Shown here: in pieces, positions 17,664 to 26,631 of the stretch
How positions within the stretch are numbered: the first letter of the stretch is position 1
Layout of the letters: each line of letters starts with the position of its first letter
IMG/VR virus record: IMGVR_UViG_3300019471_000044
Source: a virus
Reading direction: 5' to 3' (one strand)
DNA: 38,997 nt
Translations under genes and position numbers: made by a program
Notes under the pieces: model-generated
Told to the model about the DNA's origin: nothing
What the model saw: only the letters and a program-made list of their open reading frames with translations
Databases searched by the model: none

Positions 17664-19172
17664 CTACTCTCCATAAATATCAACTTCACTTGTGCTACGC
17701 TCTAGCTCCATGCTCTCAGCAGTTTCTTTCTTGATGTCCGCAAGCATTTGTGCAGCTTCCTTATCTGACAAGCCAAGCGCCTTAGATATAGCGTATTGCT
17801 TGCTGACAAGGCCACTTAACAAAGCCTTAGCGTAGTAGTCAAGCTCGTTATTCTTGTCAACAAAGACACCATCATCAAGGTTTACTGTGATATCGTCCAT
17901 CTCTGGAATAGGACCGCTATACAAGCCGTATAGCTTACCAATCTCACAAATAGAGATCACAAGCTCTTTGATAGATTGATCTACAAGGCTCACGATGCTG
18001 TTTCTCAATTGGTATGTATCAGAGTTTTCGGATACAACCTCAGTCGCAGTCTTCATGCTCTTACCGTCAAACGTAAACATTCCAGGCGATACTCCAACCT
18101 GCATCTCAAACAAGGCAAGGCCCTCGTTGATAGCTTTGATATAGTCGTCTGATCTGATAGGAGTAGTGAGGTCTGTGATGTTGATAGGTGTATCTTTGCC
18201 ACCGTCAATTTGCTCGTATACGTTTTGCTCTGGATCGAATTCGCGCGTGACAAGATCAGTTTCTCCGTGATGGTCAAAACCAATCCGGACAGTTTGGTCT
18301 GGTACTAACACGCGCCGTTGGCCCATTCGTACTTCCCACTTAAACTCGTCATAAGTAGTATTGATAAAGTCAATAGTACTCTTGGCATTATCAAAGATAG
18401 ACAACCCCAGCGGGCTGTTAATATCTTTATTATTCATGCCTGGCGGTTTTAAGTAAGTAAATAACGGCCGTGAAAGCCCGTCAAGTGTTACTTCTTCCTC
18501 AAGGTCCTCATACACCTCAGATAGTGGTACACGGTCACCGACACGCTCTTTTTCATTTGAACGATACAGCTCGTTAGTGATTGTATACTTGCCGTCCTTG
18601 GTCCACTCATGCAACTCGATTAGAGTATAGTAAATCGTTTCCTTGCCTACTGTCTTTTGACTCTTATTGATAATCGCTGCAGACGATACGTCCTGTGTGT
18701 TTGACTGCAACGGATAAAATACTGGGGCTTGGACAAATGAAATCTTGATCTTGTCGTCGTCTACGTAAGGACGCATAGCAAGGCCACCCAGGGCCAAACA
18801 GCTCTCAAGGTATCGCTCAAAGTTCTTGTTAAAGCGATCATTCAGTAAAACCATTTGAATGAACTCGTTTGTTGTTCCGTTCGCAACGCTTATCTCTGCC
18901 TGCTCGTTGAATACCAGGCTGGCAATCTTTTTACAAGCCGTGCGGGCAATAGGCAAGTGATTTCTAGTCCGTTGCTTATCAACTCGATTTGAATTGCGGT
19001 AGCGGATAGGGTCCCACTTGCTTTGATAGTATTTCAAGTTCTTCTGAATACGATCGTATTCGTCCTTGTTAATTGCAATTTTAGGATGTTCTGTGATATT
19101 GCCTAATGATTGGCTTGTCATTACATATTTACCCCTCTTAAAAATATTTCTTATTGATTGTAAGATACTCAT
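17664..19172 (-). CDS. Portal protein
   Basis: 502 aa immediately after the large terminase, with an SPP1 Gp6-like size and position. Confidence 0.85.
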   Translation of the reverse strand: MSILQSIRNIFKRGKYVMTSQSLGNITEHPKIAINKDEYDRIQKNLKYYQSKWDPIRYRNSNRVDKQRTRNHLPIARTACKKIASLVFNEQAEISVANGTTNEFIQMVLLNDRFNKNFERYLESCLALGGLAMRPYVDDDKIKISFVQAPVFYPLQSNTQDVSSAAIINKSQKTVGKETIYYTLIELHEWTKDGKYTITNELYRSNEKERVGDRVPLSEVYEDLEEEVTLDGLSRPLFTYLKPPGMNNKDINSPLGLSIFDNAKSTIDFINTTYDEFKWEVRMGQRRVLVPDQTVRIGFDHHGETDLVTREFDPEQNVYEQIDGGKDTPINITDLTTPIRSDDYIKAINEGLALFEMQVGVSPGMFTFDGKSMKTATEVVSENSDTYQLRNSIVSLVDQSIKELVISICEIGKLYGLYSGPIPEMDDITVNLDDGVFVDKNNELDYYAKALLSGLVSKQYAISKALGLSDKEAAQMLADIKKETAESMELERSTSEVDIYGE

Positions 19173-19184
19173 TTCAAACCTTTC

Positions 19185-20543
19185 TTAGGCTTTTAATCTT
19201 AATAGTTGTGCATTGTCAACGACCATATACTGAAACGCGTCGCAAGTGTGATCGTCCTCTTTAATAACTTTAGGGTCGTCGTCCTTGACCGTTTTCTCGT
19301 CCCATTGATAACGCTTGTGCTCCTCAATAAAATACTTGAGGTTGTTTTCCGTTGGAAAATAATAAAAACGGCCATTCGCAAGTAGCGACTGGACGTATTC
19401 TGTCATTATTATTTTCTTCTTCTTCGCTACTGGGTGCCAGCGAATACCAAAGTCCTCTAAATACTGGTTTCTCAACGCTCCCTCCGCGCTATCTATCGTC
19501 ATTTCAATGACTGGTACATTCGGATATTTCTGCGTCTGCTTGATAACAAAGTCATGAAGCTCTTTGGACAATACGCTCGGAGCTTTCTTTTTGACCTTGC
19601 CTGCTGGACTGTAGTAGTAGTTATCCACAAGGTAGAGATTAGACCTATTAGTAACAACCGCGTGTAAGCAAGTAGTGGCTGATTGCTGGTGTCCCGTATC
19701 TGCTGCAAACAACTGACCGATAACGCGTTCACCGTCCGGTATCTTATCCGCACGTTTAAACAGGTCCATGTTGTACACGTTCGTACCAAGGCCCACAGGT
19801 TCACCAAGATATAAATACCTGTAATAGTCGTAGTCGTTGGTCTTGATACGCTCTATCTCGTCCAGCATTTGCTCAGTCACAAATCCCAGCTCATCGTCCA
19901 GATAGCTAGATTCATGTATTAAATACTTCTCAGCCGTCCGCAATGAACCAACCCACTCATTGATCCAGTTATAAGGATTGCGCGGTGGGTTGTACGACCA
20001 GAAGAATTGCACAAACGGATAGTCCGGGTGTTTTTGACGCATGAAAGTACTGTTTGATTGGTCAAACTCTTCGGAGTCAGCGAACTCGGCTGCTTCCTCG
20101 TACCATACCGCGATAACCTTTCCGACCTCGTTTGATTTCAGTTTTTGGAAATCGTCCTGGCCGTAGAAGTGGAACGTTGAACCCGTCCGTCTATGTACGA
20201 TCTTATAAGGGCTTTTAGTACGTTTGAACTGATTAGCAATTCCGAACTTATCAAGCGCCCAAATTATCTTTTTATAGACACTATCAAAGATAGTATTTCC
20301 AACTTTCCGGACAATGATGATCTCTACGCATTGCCCCTTGGTTATCGCTTTAATCATCATAAAAACAAGCAAGAGAGCAATGACCGATGACTTAAACGAG
20401 TTACGACCACCCTTTAAAATATTATAAGGTTTTGCTGACCGCCAGACTTTATAAAACTTAGGATTGATCTCTTTACTTAGTTTTATAGTCGGCTTAGTCG
20501 TTCGGGATATCGTCGATGATGAGGATTGACTCATCAGCACCAC
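19185..20543 (-). CDS. terL: Terminase large subunit (PBSX-type)
   Basis: 452 aa with the Walker A-like motif ILKGGRNSFKSS near the N-terminus and a nuclease-like acidic C-terminal part. The start could instead be the MSQ codon at 20534. Confidence 0.9.
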   Translation of the reverse strand: MVLMSQSSSSTISRTTKPTIKLSKEINPKFYKVWRSAKPYNILKGGRNSFKSSVIALLLVFMMIKAITKGQCVEIIIVRKVGNTIFDSVYKKIIWALDKFGIANQFKRTKSPYKIVHRRTGSTFHFYGQDDFQKLKSNEVGKVIAVWYEEAAEFADSEEFDQSNSTFMRQKHPDYPFVQFFWSYNPPRNPYNWINEWVGSLRTAEKYLIHESSYLDDELGFVTEQMLDEIERIKTNDYDYYRYLYLGEPVGLGTNVYNMDLFKRADKIPDGERVIGQLFAADTGHQQSATTCLHAVVTNRSNLYLVDNYYYSPAGKVKKKAPSVLSKELHDFVIKQTQKYPNVPVIEMTIDSAEGALRNQYLEDFGIRWHPVAKKKKIIMTEYVQSLLANGRFYYFPTENNLKYFIEEHKRYQWDEKTVKDDDPKVIKEDDHTCDAFQYMVVDNAQLLRLKA

Positions 20544-20940
20544 CTCCCGCCTCGTCTAATGCTTGGGCCTTACGTTTGTTTTCAAGTTCCAGAGATTTGA
20601 TACGTGCTTTCTGTTCTTTCTTATCAAGTGTGTCTTTGGTTCCCTCGCTGTTTACTATCTTAGATATTAACTCCATGTGACGCGAGCTGCCTTTTAAGGC
20701 TTTTTGCATTGCTACCAAAAGGAGAGCTGACTCGTAATCGTCCTCAAAACCCATATCCTGTAGCACTCTGGAGAGCTGAGGATTTGAAACCTTGGAAACA
20801 AGCAGAGCTTCAAGCGTCTTTTTCATGTTCGCTTTTTTTCGTCTTGTTTTCCCCGAAGCGATACCGCCTTTTTTTCCTAGCTCTCTCGTTTCGCTCACGC
20901 TTCGTTCATTAAACGGGATTAGGTTTTCTTCATTAGCCAT
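20494..20940 (-). CDS. terS: Terminase small subunit
   Basis: 148 aa. The N-terminus NLIPFNERSVSETRELGKKGGIASGKTRRKK is typical of Firmicutes phage small terminases. It overlaps the terL start. Confidence 0.8.
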   Translation of the reverse strand: MANEENLIPFNERSVSETRELGKKGGIASGKTRRKKANMKKTLEALLVSKVSNPQLSRVLQDMGFEDDYESALLLVAMQKALKGSSRHMELISKIVNSEGTKDTLDKKEQKARIKSLELENKRKAQALDEAGGGADESILIIDDIPND

Positions 20941-20968
20941 CGCCTCACTTCCTTTTCAAATAATGTCA

Positions 20969-22214
20969 TTAGTTCAATTTAACAGCCGTCTGGCCTGTGT
21001 GTTCTTCCCATCGTTGAATTGTAGCGTCCACATATCGTGGATCTAACTCCATGCCAAAATAAGTCCGGCCTAAATCTTCACAAACAATCATAGTCGATCC
21101 AGAGCCGTTAAAGCTATCTAACACGTTCCAGCCTTTCTTACTCGAATTCCGTACCAGTCGTTCAATCAATTTCAACGGCTTCATGGTAGGGTGCAAGCCA
21201 TTTCTTGTCGGTTTATTCTCGTTGATGATAGTGGTCGGTGAGTTAGCCTGCATACGCTCGATATACTCAATTAGCTCGGCCTTCGTCATTTTGTTTAAAT
21301 CTTCCACATCCTCAATAATAGTTGTTAAGGACCGGTCGTTCACAAAGTAGTGTGCTGCCCCTTCTTTCCAACCATACAAGCAAGGTTCATGCTTCCACTG
21401 ATAATCTTGACGGCCCAGGACTAACGTGTTCTTATTCCAGATTAAACATTGTCGTACTGTCCAACCAATGTCAGAGCAGGCACCTCTAAAATTGTAACCC
21501 TCTGAATCTGCGTGCCAGATGTAAAATGCCCCCCCCTTCACGTAGAACGGTATCTGCAGCAAAGAACGCGTCTCTCAAAAACTTTCTGAACGATTCATTA
21601 TCCATGCTGTCATTCATGATTGTGAGAGCTTCCTCGGTTCCACCTTCATAGGCTACGTTATACGGCGGGTCAGTAACAATCAAGTCAATCTGTTGTCCGT
21701 CTACCAATTTTGCAAGCTGGTCTGGGTCAGTAGAATCGCCACACATAAGACGATGCCGTCCGAGTTGGTAGATGTCGCCCAGCTTCGCGATTGGCTCCTT
21801 GGTTTCTTCAACTTCGAAATCATCCTCTTCAACTTCGGATTCTGGTTCATAGTAGTCAAACCCGAAATCTTCCATGTCGATATTCACGATACTTTCAAGT
21901 TCCGAGTTCAAAATCTCAATGTCAAACCCAGAGTTCATAGTCAATTTATTGTGAGCTAGGATGTAAGCACGTTTCTGCTCATCATCCATGTGGGATAGAC
22001 GAATGACTTCAACCTCGTCAAAACCTAACTCTTGCAAGGCCTTATAGCGTCCGTGGCCCTCAATAATAACATTGTTCTCGTCAATCGCGATCGGGTCATT
22101 ATTCCCAAACTCCTGGATTGACTTTTTTATCTGTTCAATCTGTTCGCGAGGGTGTAACTTCGCGTTGTTCTCATATTCAGTTATTTCTGAAATATTGATT
22201 TTTTCTATTTTCAT
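20969..22214 (-). pseudogene. ParB-like nuclease domain / DNA methyltransferase fusion gene interrupted by a +1 G in a G8 tract
   Basis: ORF 21486-22214 carries the ParB N-domain and motif IV (TDPPY). ORF 20969-21562 carries FYIWHADSEGY... and motif I (SFNGSGST). The frames join as ...LREGGAFYIWH... if the C8 run at 21529-21536 (G8 on the coding strand) were 7 nt. Confidence 0.85.
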
Positions 22215-22228
22215 TTTTTACTCCAAAC

Positions 22229-22262
22229 ACCAAAAAGAGCGCACCTTAGCGATGCGCGCTTC
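22229..22262 (-). terminator. Probable intrinsic terminator downstream of the tRNA-like gene
   Basis: Minus strand has a GC-rich stem (AGCGC.../...GCGCU) followed by CUUUUUGGUGUUUGG. The stem is short. Confidence 0.45.
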
Positions 22263-22379
22263 TCGGGTTATATGGTCTACTTTGTCCTCGTTGACAAAAT
22301 AATTCAAGGGGCCTAGTAAGTAGCACCAAACTTACATCATCGGTCACTTTCGTTTTTTGTTTTTGTGTGGTGCTTTTTA

Positions 22380-22453
22380 TAGCCGGGGCAGGAATCGAAC
22401 CTACATTATACGGGTGAAAAGTCCGTTACTCTAACCGTTGAGTTACCCAGCAA
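22380..22453 (-). tRNA. tRNA-like gene, anticodon UUU (Lys) if a standard 7-nt loop is assumed; non-canonical features
   Basis: Hand-folded cloverleaf: D stem ACUC/GAGU with a GG loop; anticodon arm ACGGA-CUUUUCA-CCCGU; 5-nt variable loop; T arm GUAGG-UUCGAUU-CCUGC; acceptor stem 6 bp plus a U1-U72 mismatch. Position 37 is C, the 31-39 pair is A-C, and no CCA is encoded. Confidence 0.6.
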
Positions 22454-22552
22454 CCTATCATAAGGAGACAACCAAATGGCGCAGGTCCTTCCTACTTCAT
22501 TGGATAATACTATAATACCACTCAATACAGCGCTTTTACTGTCAAGTTTCTT

Positions 22553-22987
22553 TCAATTATCTCCCAGAAATCTATACTCTAGCAATTCCCCAGCCTTATA
22601 AGCCTCCGCGAACTCTAATAATGCCCGATCAAGCAATCTATAGTATTCACTTTCCGAATATCCTAGACTTGGATAAATAGCCTTGTCTTGTCTAAATCTC
22701 ACTCGGCAATATCGCTCAATCAAAATCTGCGATAGATTGAGATCAGACAGCCTGTTAATAGCTGATGCCATAAGTTCCAGCTCTTGCTGTGCGCTTACCC
22801 GTCTAATCACCATCTGCTCAGTTTGCCGGCTTGGAGAGCTTGGTGCGCTCTTTGGCTCTAGCGAGTAAGTAGATGTGACTTTTGGGCTATACTCCTCCCC
22901 TGCTATCCGTAACAGTACGCGGTAGTTTTTTAGGGTGTTATCTGCGTTCTCCTTTGTTTTGTTCTTTAGCACTTCTCCGAAAAGCAT
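22553..22987 (-). CDS. ArpU-family late transcriptional regulator
   Basis: 144 aa just upstream of the packaging genes. The C-terminus ...SESEYYRLLDRALLEFAEAY is sigma-like/ArpU-like, from memory. Confidence 0.65.
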   Translation of the reverse strand: MLFGEVLKNKTKENADNTLKNYRVLLRIAGEEYSPKVTSTYSLEPKSAPSSPSRQTEQMVIRRVSAQQELELMASAINRLSDLNLSQILIERYCRVRFRQDKAIYPSLGYSESEYYRLLDRALLEFAEAYKAGELLEYRFLGDN

Positions 22988-23380
22988 TCAATCCCACCCT
23001 TCCATTTTAGATATTAAGTTCAGCGCTTCTAATTTCCGTCTTAAACGGCGCTCTCGCTTGCGTTCTTCGTTTCGCTTGTAGTTATGATTATCTCTGTAGA
23101 ATCGTTCGACCAGGTCCTCGCTAGACCGACCTGGGCCTACTTTATCAAGTGCCTCTTTCATACATTCGTAGAGCAGATCGGTTTCTACAAAACCTACAAA
23201 CTTCGCAATGATTGCAGATGATGGCATTCTGTTTTGCTTCTTGTATTTCTCATATCGCGCTCCGTCCTGATAAGCATTATGACTTTTCGCTTTTTTGAAA
23301 AACTCATAAACAGAATCATACTCAGCTATCGCCTTGTCCGCTTCCTGGAAAAATTCTTTTTTCAATTCCATCTTCTTCAT
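22988..23380 (-). CDS. Hypothetical protein (130 aa, basic C-terminus)
   Basis: Co-oriented ORF. No motif recognised. Confidence 0.6.
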   Translation of the reverse strand: MKKMELKKEFFQEADKAIAEYDSVYEFFKKAKSHNAYQDGARYEKYKKQNRMPSSAIIAKFVGFVETDLLYECMKEALDKVGPGRSSEDLVERFYRDNHNYKRNEERKRERRLRRKLEALNLISKMEGWD

Positions 23381-23459
23381 CCGTTTTCATCGTGATTAGT
23401 TTAGCGTTTGCCATGACGGTTTCCATCATCTTCTTGTATAAAAGTTCTGCTGGTGTCAT
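23322..23459 (-). CDS. Possible small ORF (45 aa)
   Basis: ATG at 23459 with GGGGGGA upstream, overlapping the upstream stop (TAATATG). It overlaps the next gene by about 59 nt, so one of the two starts is uncertain. Confidence 0.3.
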   Translation of the reverse strand: MTPAELLYKKMMETVMANAKLITMKTDEEDGIEKRIFPGSGQGDS

Positions 23460-23460
23460 A

Positions 23461-23736
23461 TTATCCCCCCACGCCGTTAATATCGGCGATCTCTTGCAAT
23501 TCCTGCGCCATACGTGAGTTATAATCATTGTTCAATTTGTTAATTATCACGTCTTGCATTGTATTTTTTTCTTTCGCTTTTTCCAACTCGTCATTTTGTG
23601 TTTGGATCGTTTGTTGTAGCTCGCTGTTGCTTCCCTCAAGCACCCGGACCCGTGAGTTAAGGTTAACACATACAGCGATTAGGACAAAAAGGATAAACGC
23701 AAAATTCGCACGTATCATCTTATCATTATTCGTCAT
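23461..23736 (-). CDS. Small membrane-anchored coiled-coil protein (91 aa)
   Basis: N-terminal TM segment (FAFILFVLIAVCV) followed by a coiled coil. Confidence 0.6.
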   Translation of the reverse strand: MTNNDKMIRANFAFILFVLIAVCVNLNSRVRVLEGSNSELQQTIQTQNDELEKAKEKNTMQDVIINKLNNDYNSRMAQELQEIADINGVGG

Positions 23737-23933
23737 TCTTTATCCTTTCTAATATCCGTAGTTGTCAGTTTACTCGCGTTCATCTTGCTGACATTTATAT
23801 TTAGGTTTTCGTTAATTTTTAACGTTGTTTTATCGTTGGTTTTTCTACTTCTAAAAGCTATCACACCAGCCCAGATCAAACCAGAGAGCCAGACCAGTGC
23901 GAGTAGTAAATAGATAAAGTTTTGTAAGTCCAT
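23733..23933 (-). CDS. Small membrane protein (66 aa)
   Basis: N-terminal TM segment (IYLLLALVWLSGLIWAGVIAF), with 4-nt overlaps to its neighbours. Confidence 0.55.
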   Translation of the reverse strand: MDLQNFIYLLLALVWLSGLIWAGVIAFRSRKTNDKTTLKINENLNINVSKMNASKLTTTDIRKDKE

Positions 23934-24394
23934 TAGTTGTCCTCCAACAATTCGGGATTCTCGTAAATGTTTCCGACAATCTCAAATTCAAAATCTTTAT
24001 CTGTTATAAGATCTTCAAATGAGAGGTACTCATCTTTCATAAAGTAAAGCAGTGATGAATCAGATGTTTGGAATTTTCCAAAAGTAAAACAGGTTGTCTC
24101 TCTTTCGATCTCGACAAAATTGATGCCTTCGGTAGATCCATCTACATATCCTTCGTAACAATAATCATCCCATTCATCATTGAATTTTAAAATATCCCCC
24201 TCAAAGATCTCCTTGTTGTTTTTATCACGCAAACCTGTTGATTGCATGAGATGAATGTCATTATTCACTATCCATTCGTTATCACAAGAGTCCTCATCAA
24301 TTATCCAAATATCACCATTTCCGACCATCACTTCATCTGGTTGATACATACGTTTGTACGAACTGCTATCATACGCTCTAAATTTTGGAATCAT
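23933..24394 (-). CDS. YopX-family protein
   Basis: Start MIPKFRAYD with RBS AAGGAGG, and C-terminus EIVGNIYENPELLE. Both are typical YopX signatures. Confidence 0.8.
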   Translation of the reverse strand: MIPKFRAYDSSSYKRMYQPDEVMVGNGDIWIIDEDSCDNEWIVNNDIHLMQSTGLRDKNNKEIFEGDILKFNDEWDDYCYEGYVDGSTEGINFVEIERETTCFTFGKFQTSDSSLLYFMKDEYLSFEDLITDKDFEFEIVGNIYENPELLEDN

Positions 24395-25070
24395 CTTGCA
24401 CCTCCTTGACTTCAAACAACGAAATAAGCTTCAGGCTTTCTCTTTTGTACTCTTCAAGCCTGTTTTTTGCTTTTTCAAACATTATCGGATCTTTCTCAAA
24501 TCCTACGTATTCAAACCCCGCTTCTTCAAATGCTATCAGACTACTAGCAGACCCTACGTGAGTATCTAGGATTTTGTCCCCTTTTTTAGCATACTTCTGG
24601 ACCAACCAACGATAGAGGTTTGTTGGTTTCTGTGTAGGGTGGATTCTGATTTCATTTAATTTTTTATTTCCTTGCTGAATATGCCCTTCAGAGATTGATT
24701 TACCTTGCATCATACCATTCCACATGTACCGAAATAGTCTCACGCTATCGTGGAAGCTACAATAAGCTAATTCACAATCAGAAAAACTGGAACATCCATT
24801 TACTTTATCCCAAATTATACGTCCCGGACCAAAATGGTAATCGAAATAATTAACGCCAAAAATAATTTGGTTTTTGGAAATTCTAAGAAGTTCATCAAAA
24901 TATTCTTTGGCTGGCACTTCCCACTCTGATAATTCTTCATACAGTCTTTTAACACCTATTGGGCTATTTTTTCGTCCATAATACTTTCTTTTTTCTGGAC
25001 CTGAAAAATAAGGCGGATCTACTATTGCTATATCGAAATGATTGTCTTCGAATTCGCTCAAATAATCCAT
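24378..25070 (-). CDS. DNA methyltransferase (beta-class N6-A/N4-C)
   Basis: Motif IV IVDPPYF lies near the N-terminus and motif I ILDTHVGSASS near the C-terminus. There is no adjacent endonuclease, so it is an orphan. Confidence 0.85.
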   Translation of the reverse strand: MDYLSEFEDNHFDIAIVDPPYFSGPEKRKYYGRKNSPIGVKRLYEELSEWEVPAKEYFDELLRISKNQIIFGVNYFDYHFGPGRIIWDKVNGCSSFSDCELAYCSFHDSVRLFRYMWNGMMQGKSISEGHIQQGNKKLNEIRIHPTQKPTNLYRWLVQKYAKKGDKILDTHVGSASSLIAFEEAGFEYVGFEKDPIMFEKAKNRLEEYKRESLKLISLFEVKEVQDDSKI

Positions 25071-25549
25071 GCAACCCGAGTGTGTTTTACGCGAAAATCT
25101 AACGGTTCACTTTCTCCACTAAAAAAATATTCATTCAAACTTATACGACAATTTAGGTAGTTGTAGCCTTCTTCTACCCCTTTTACTTTAACAATATACC
25201 GCTTCTCTTTCGCGACCTCGTATCCATCAAGCCAAGCACAGGCAAAAGCTTCTTGATTGTCTTTGACCTTTAAAAACTCTTTTAGCTTTTTATAGTCTTT
25301 TTGGTTTGCATAATTGTAAAGATCGATTTCTTCAACTAGTAAAGCTCGGACCAAGGTTACACCCGTATTTTTGCAATACTTGATCCAGTCAGCAACAAAC
25401 TGTGGAATTGTGACTTTCTGCGGTTCGTCGAATTGATCGATCAGTTTTATCAATCCAGCTCGATTGATCTTGAGCGTATCCGTGACCACGCCTGCTTCGT
25501 AAGGCAAATCTATAATTTTTCCAATTAATTCCTGTTTATTCATTTTCAT
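25058..25549 (-). CDS. Hypothetical early protein (DUF1642-like)
   Basis: 163 aa, with a layout typical of lactic-acid-bacteria phage early regions. The family name is from memory only. Confidence 0.55.
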   Translation of the reverse strand: MKMNKQELIGKIIDLPYEAGVVTDTLKINRAGLIKLIDQFDEPQKVTIPQFVADWIKYCKNTGVTLVRALLVEEIDLYNYANQKDYKKLKEFLKVKDNQEAFACAWLDGYEVAKEKRYIVKVKGVEEGYNYLNCRISLNEYFFSGESEPLDFRVKHTRVAWII

Positions 25550-25941
25550 TTTCCTTCTCTTACTTCGGCTTCAAATTGCATCCATACAAGGTCCTCATAC
25601 ACCACTCTGGCCACTCTCTTGATGTCGCTCAAATCTTGCGAACTCATAAATTCTGAATTGAGTAGTAAGGATATGTTGATGTTAGTTAATTTCTGTATGT
25701 ATTGTTGACGTTCTGAAAGTTGTAGTTCTTCTTTCTCTGGAATGTCTGGCTTTTGTGAATATCCCAAAAGATACCCCACACTAACTCCAAAGAAATTGGC
25801 TACACCCTCTGCCGTTGGAGGTTTCATTGCACCTTCTCCACGTTCCCAACGTTGTACAGTTCTAATATTTACACCAATCTGTTCAGATAAGGCCCTCTGG
25901 CTCAACTTCCGTTGTTTTCTTAATTCCTTAATCCGGTTCAT
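25546..25941 (-). CDS. XRE-family HTH protein
   Basis: N-terminus MNRIKELRKQRKLSQRALSEQIGVNIRTVQRWERGE is a canonical Cro/C1-type HTH. Confidence 0.8.
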   Translation of the reverse strand: MNRIKELRKQRKLSQRALSEQIGVNIRTVQRWERGEGAMKPPTAEGVANFFGVSVGYLLGYSQKPDIPEKEELQLSERQQYIQKLTNINISLLLNSEFMSSQDLSDIKRVARVVYEDLVWMQFEAEVREGK

Positions 25942-26446
25942 TTTCCAGGTCCTCCTCTTTTACAAAGCTACCCTCAACCCAGCGACCCTTGCGGTCTTTA
26001 ATCTCGTTGTAAGCTAGTTCGAAGCAATCCACGAAGTCATATCCTAATTTGTGCGCGATAGCTTTTAAATAGCTCACGATTCTCAAAAGGTTAAACTTAG
26101 CATTTATTTTAACTTCTAACTTACGCGAAAACTGAAATTCGCTGGCATTGTCAATCATCAACTCAAAGCAGTCTTTGATATCGCCCTTTTTCGCTTCTAC
26201 TGATCTAGTCATGATCTCGACTGGTTCAAGTTTAATCATCATTGCCAAGCCGACGACAACCACCGCACAATCACCGATGCTGTCCTTTGTGAGTTGCTCT
26301 TTTTGTTTGGCATAACCTGCGACCAGCTCGCCCATTTCTTCAAAAAGTTTGAGCGTCTGTTTAAAGACATCTCCCTGTGTGATGTCACGGTCCAAAAACC
26401 ACTGTCTAGTTAGCTCGGTTAGTTCCTCGATTTTGTCAATATCCAT
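25928..26446 (-). CDS. MazG-like nucleotide pyrophosphohydrolase
   Basis: The EExxE-type motif LFEEMGELV plus the downstream DSIGD are typical of all-alpha NTP pyrophosphatases. Confidence 0.6.
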   Translation of the reverse strand: MDIDKIEELTELTRQWFLDRDITQGDVFKQTLKLFEEMGELVAGYAKQKEQLTKDSIGDCAVVVVGLAMMIKLEPVEIMTRSVEAKKGDIKDCFELMIDNASEFQFSRKLEVKINAKFNLLRIVSYLKAIAHKLGYDFVDCFELAYNEIKDRKGRWVEGSFVKEEDLENEPD

Positions 26447-26630
26447 CTATCATGTCCCCCTCAATTTCTTTTATTTTTTTGTCAATGGCTTTAATTTCCT
26501 TGTGTAGCCATTCGCGATAATTCGCGCTGTAGTGGTGTCCTCGCGTATTGCTGATTGTTTTAAGCTGTAGTTCCTCGCTCAGCCGTTTCTCATAGATACG
26601 CTTGGATCGTAGTAAGTTTTCCTTTTCCAT
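26436..26630 (-). CDS. Hypothetical protein (64 aa, basic)
   Basis: Co-oriented ORF that overlaps its neighbour. Confidence 0.5.
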   Translation of the reverse strand: MEKENLLRSKRIYEKRLSEELQLKTISNTRGHHYSANYREWLHKEIKAIDKKIKEIEGDMIDGY

Positions 26631-26631
26631 C

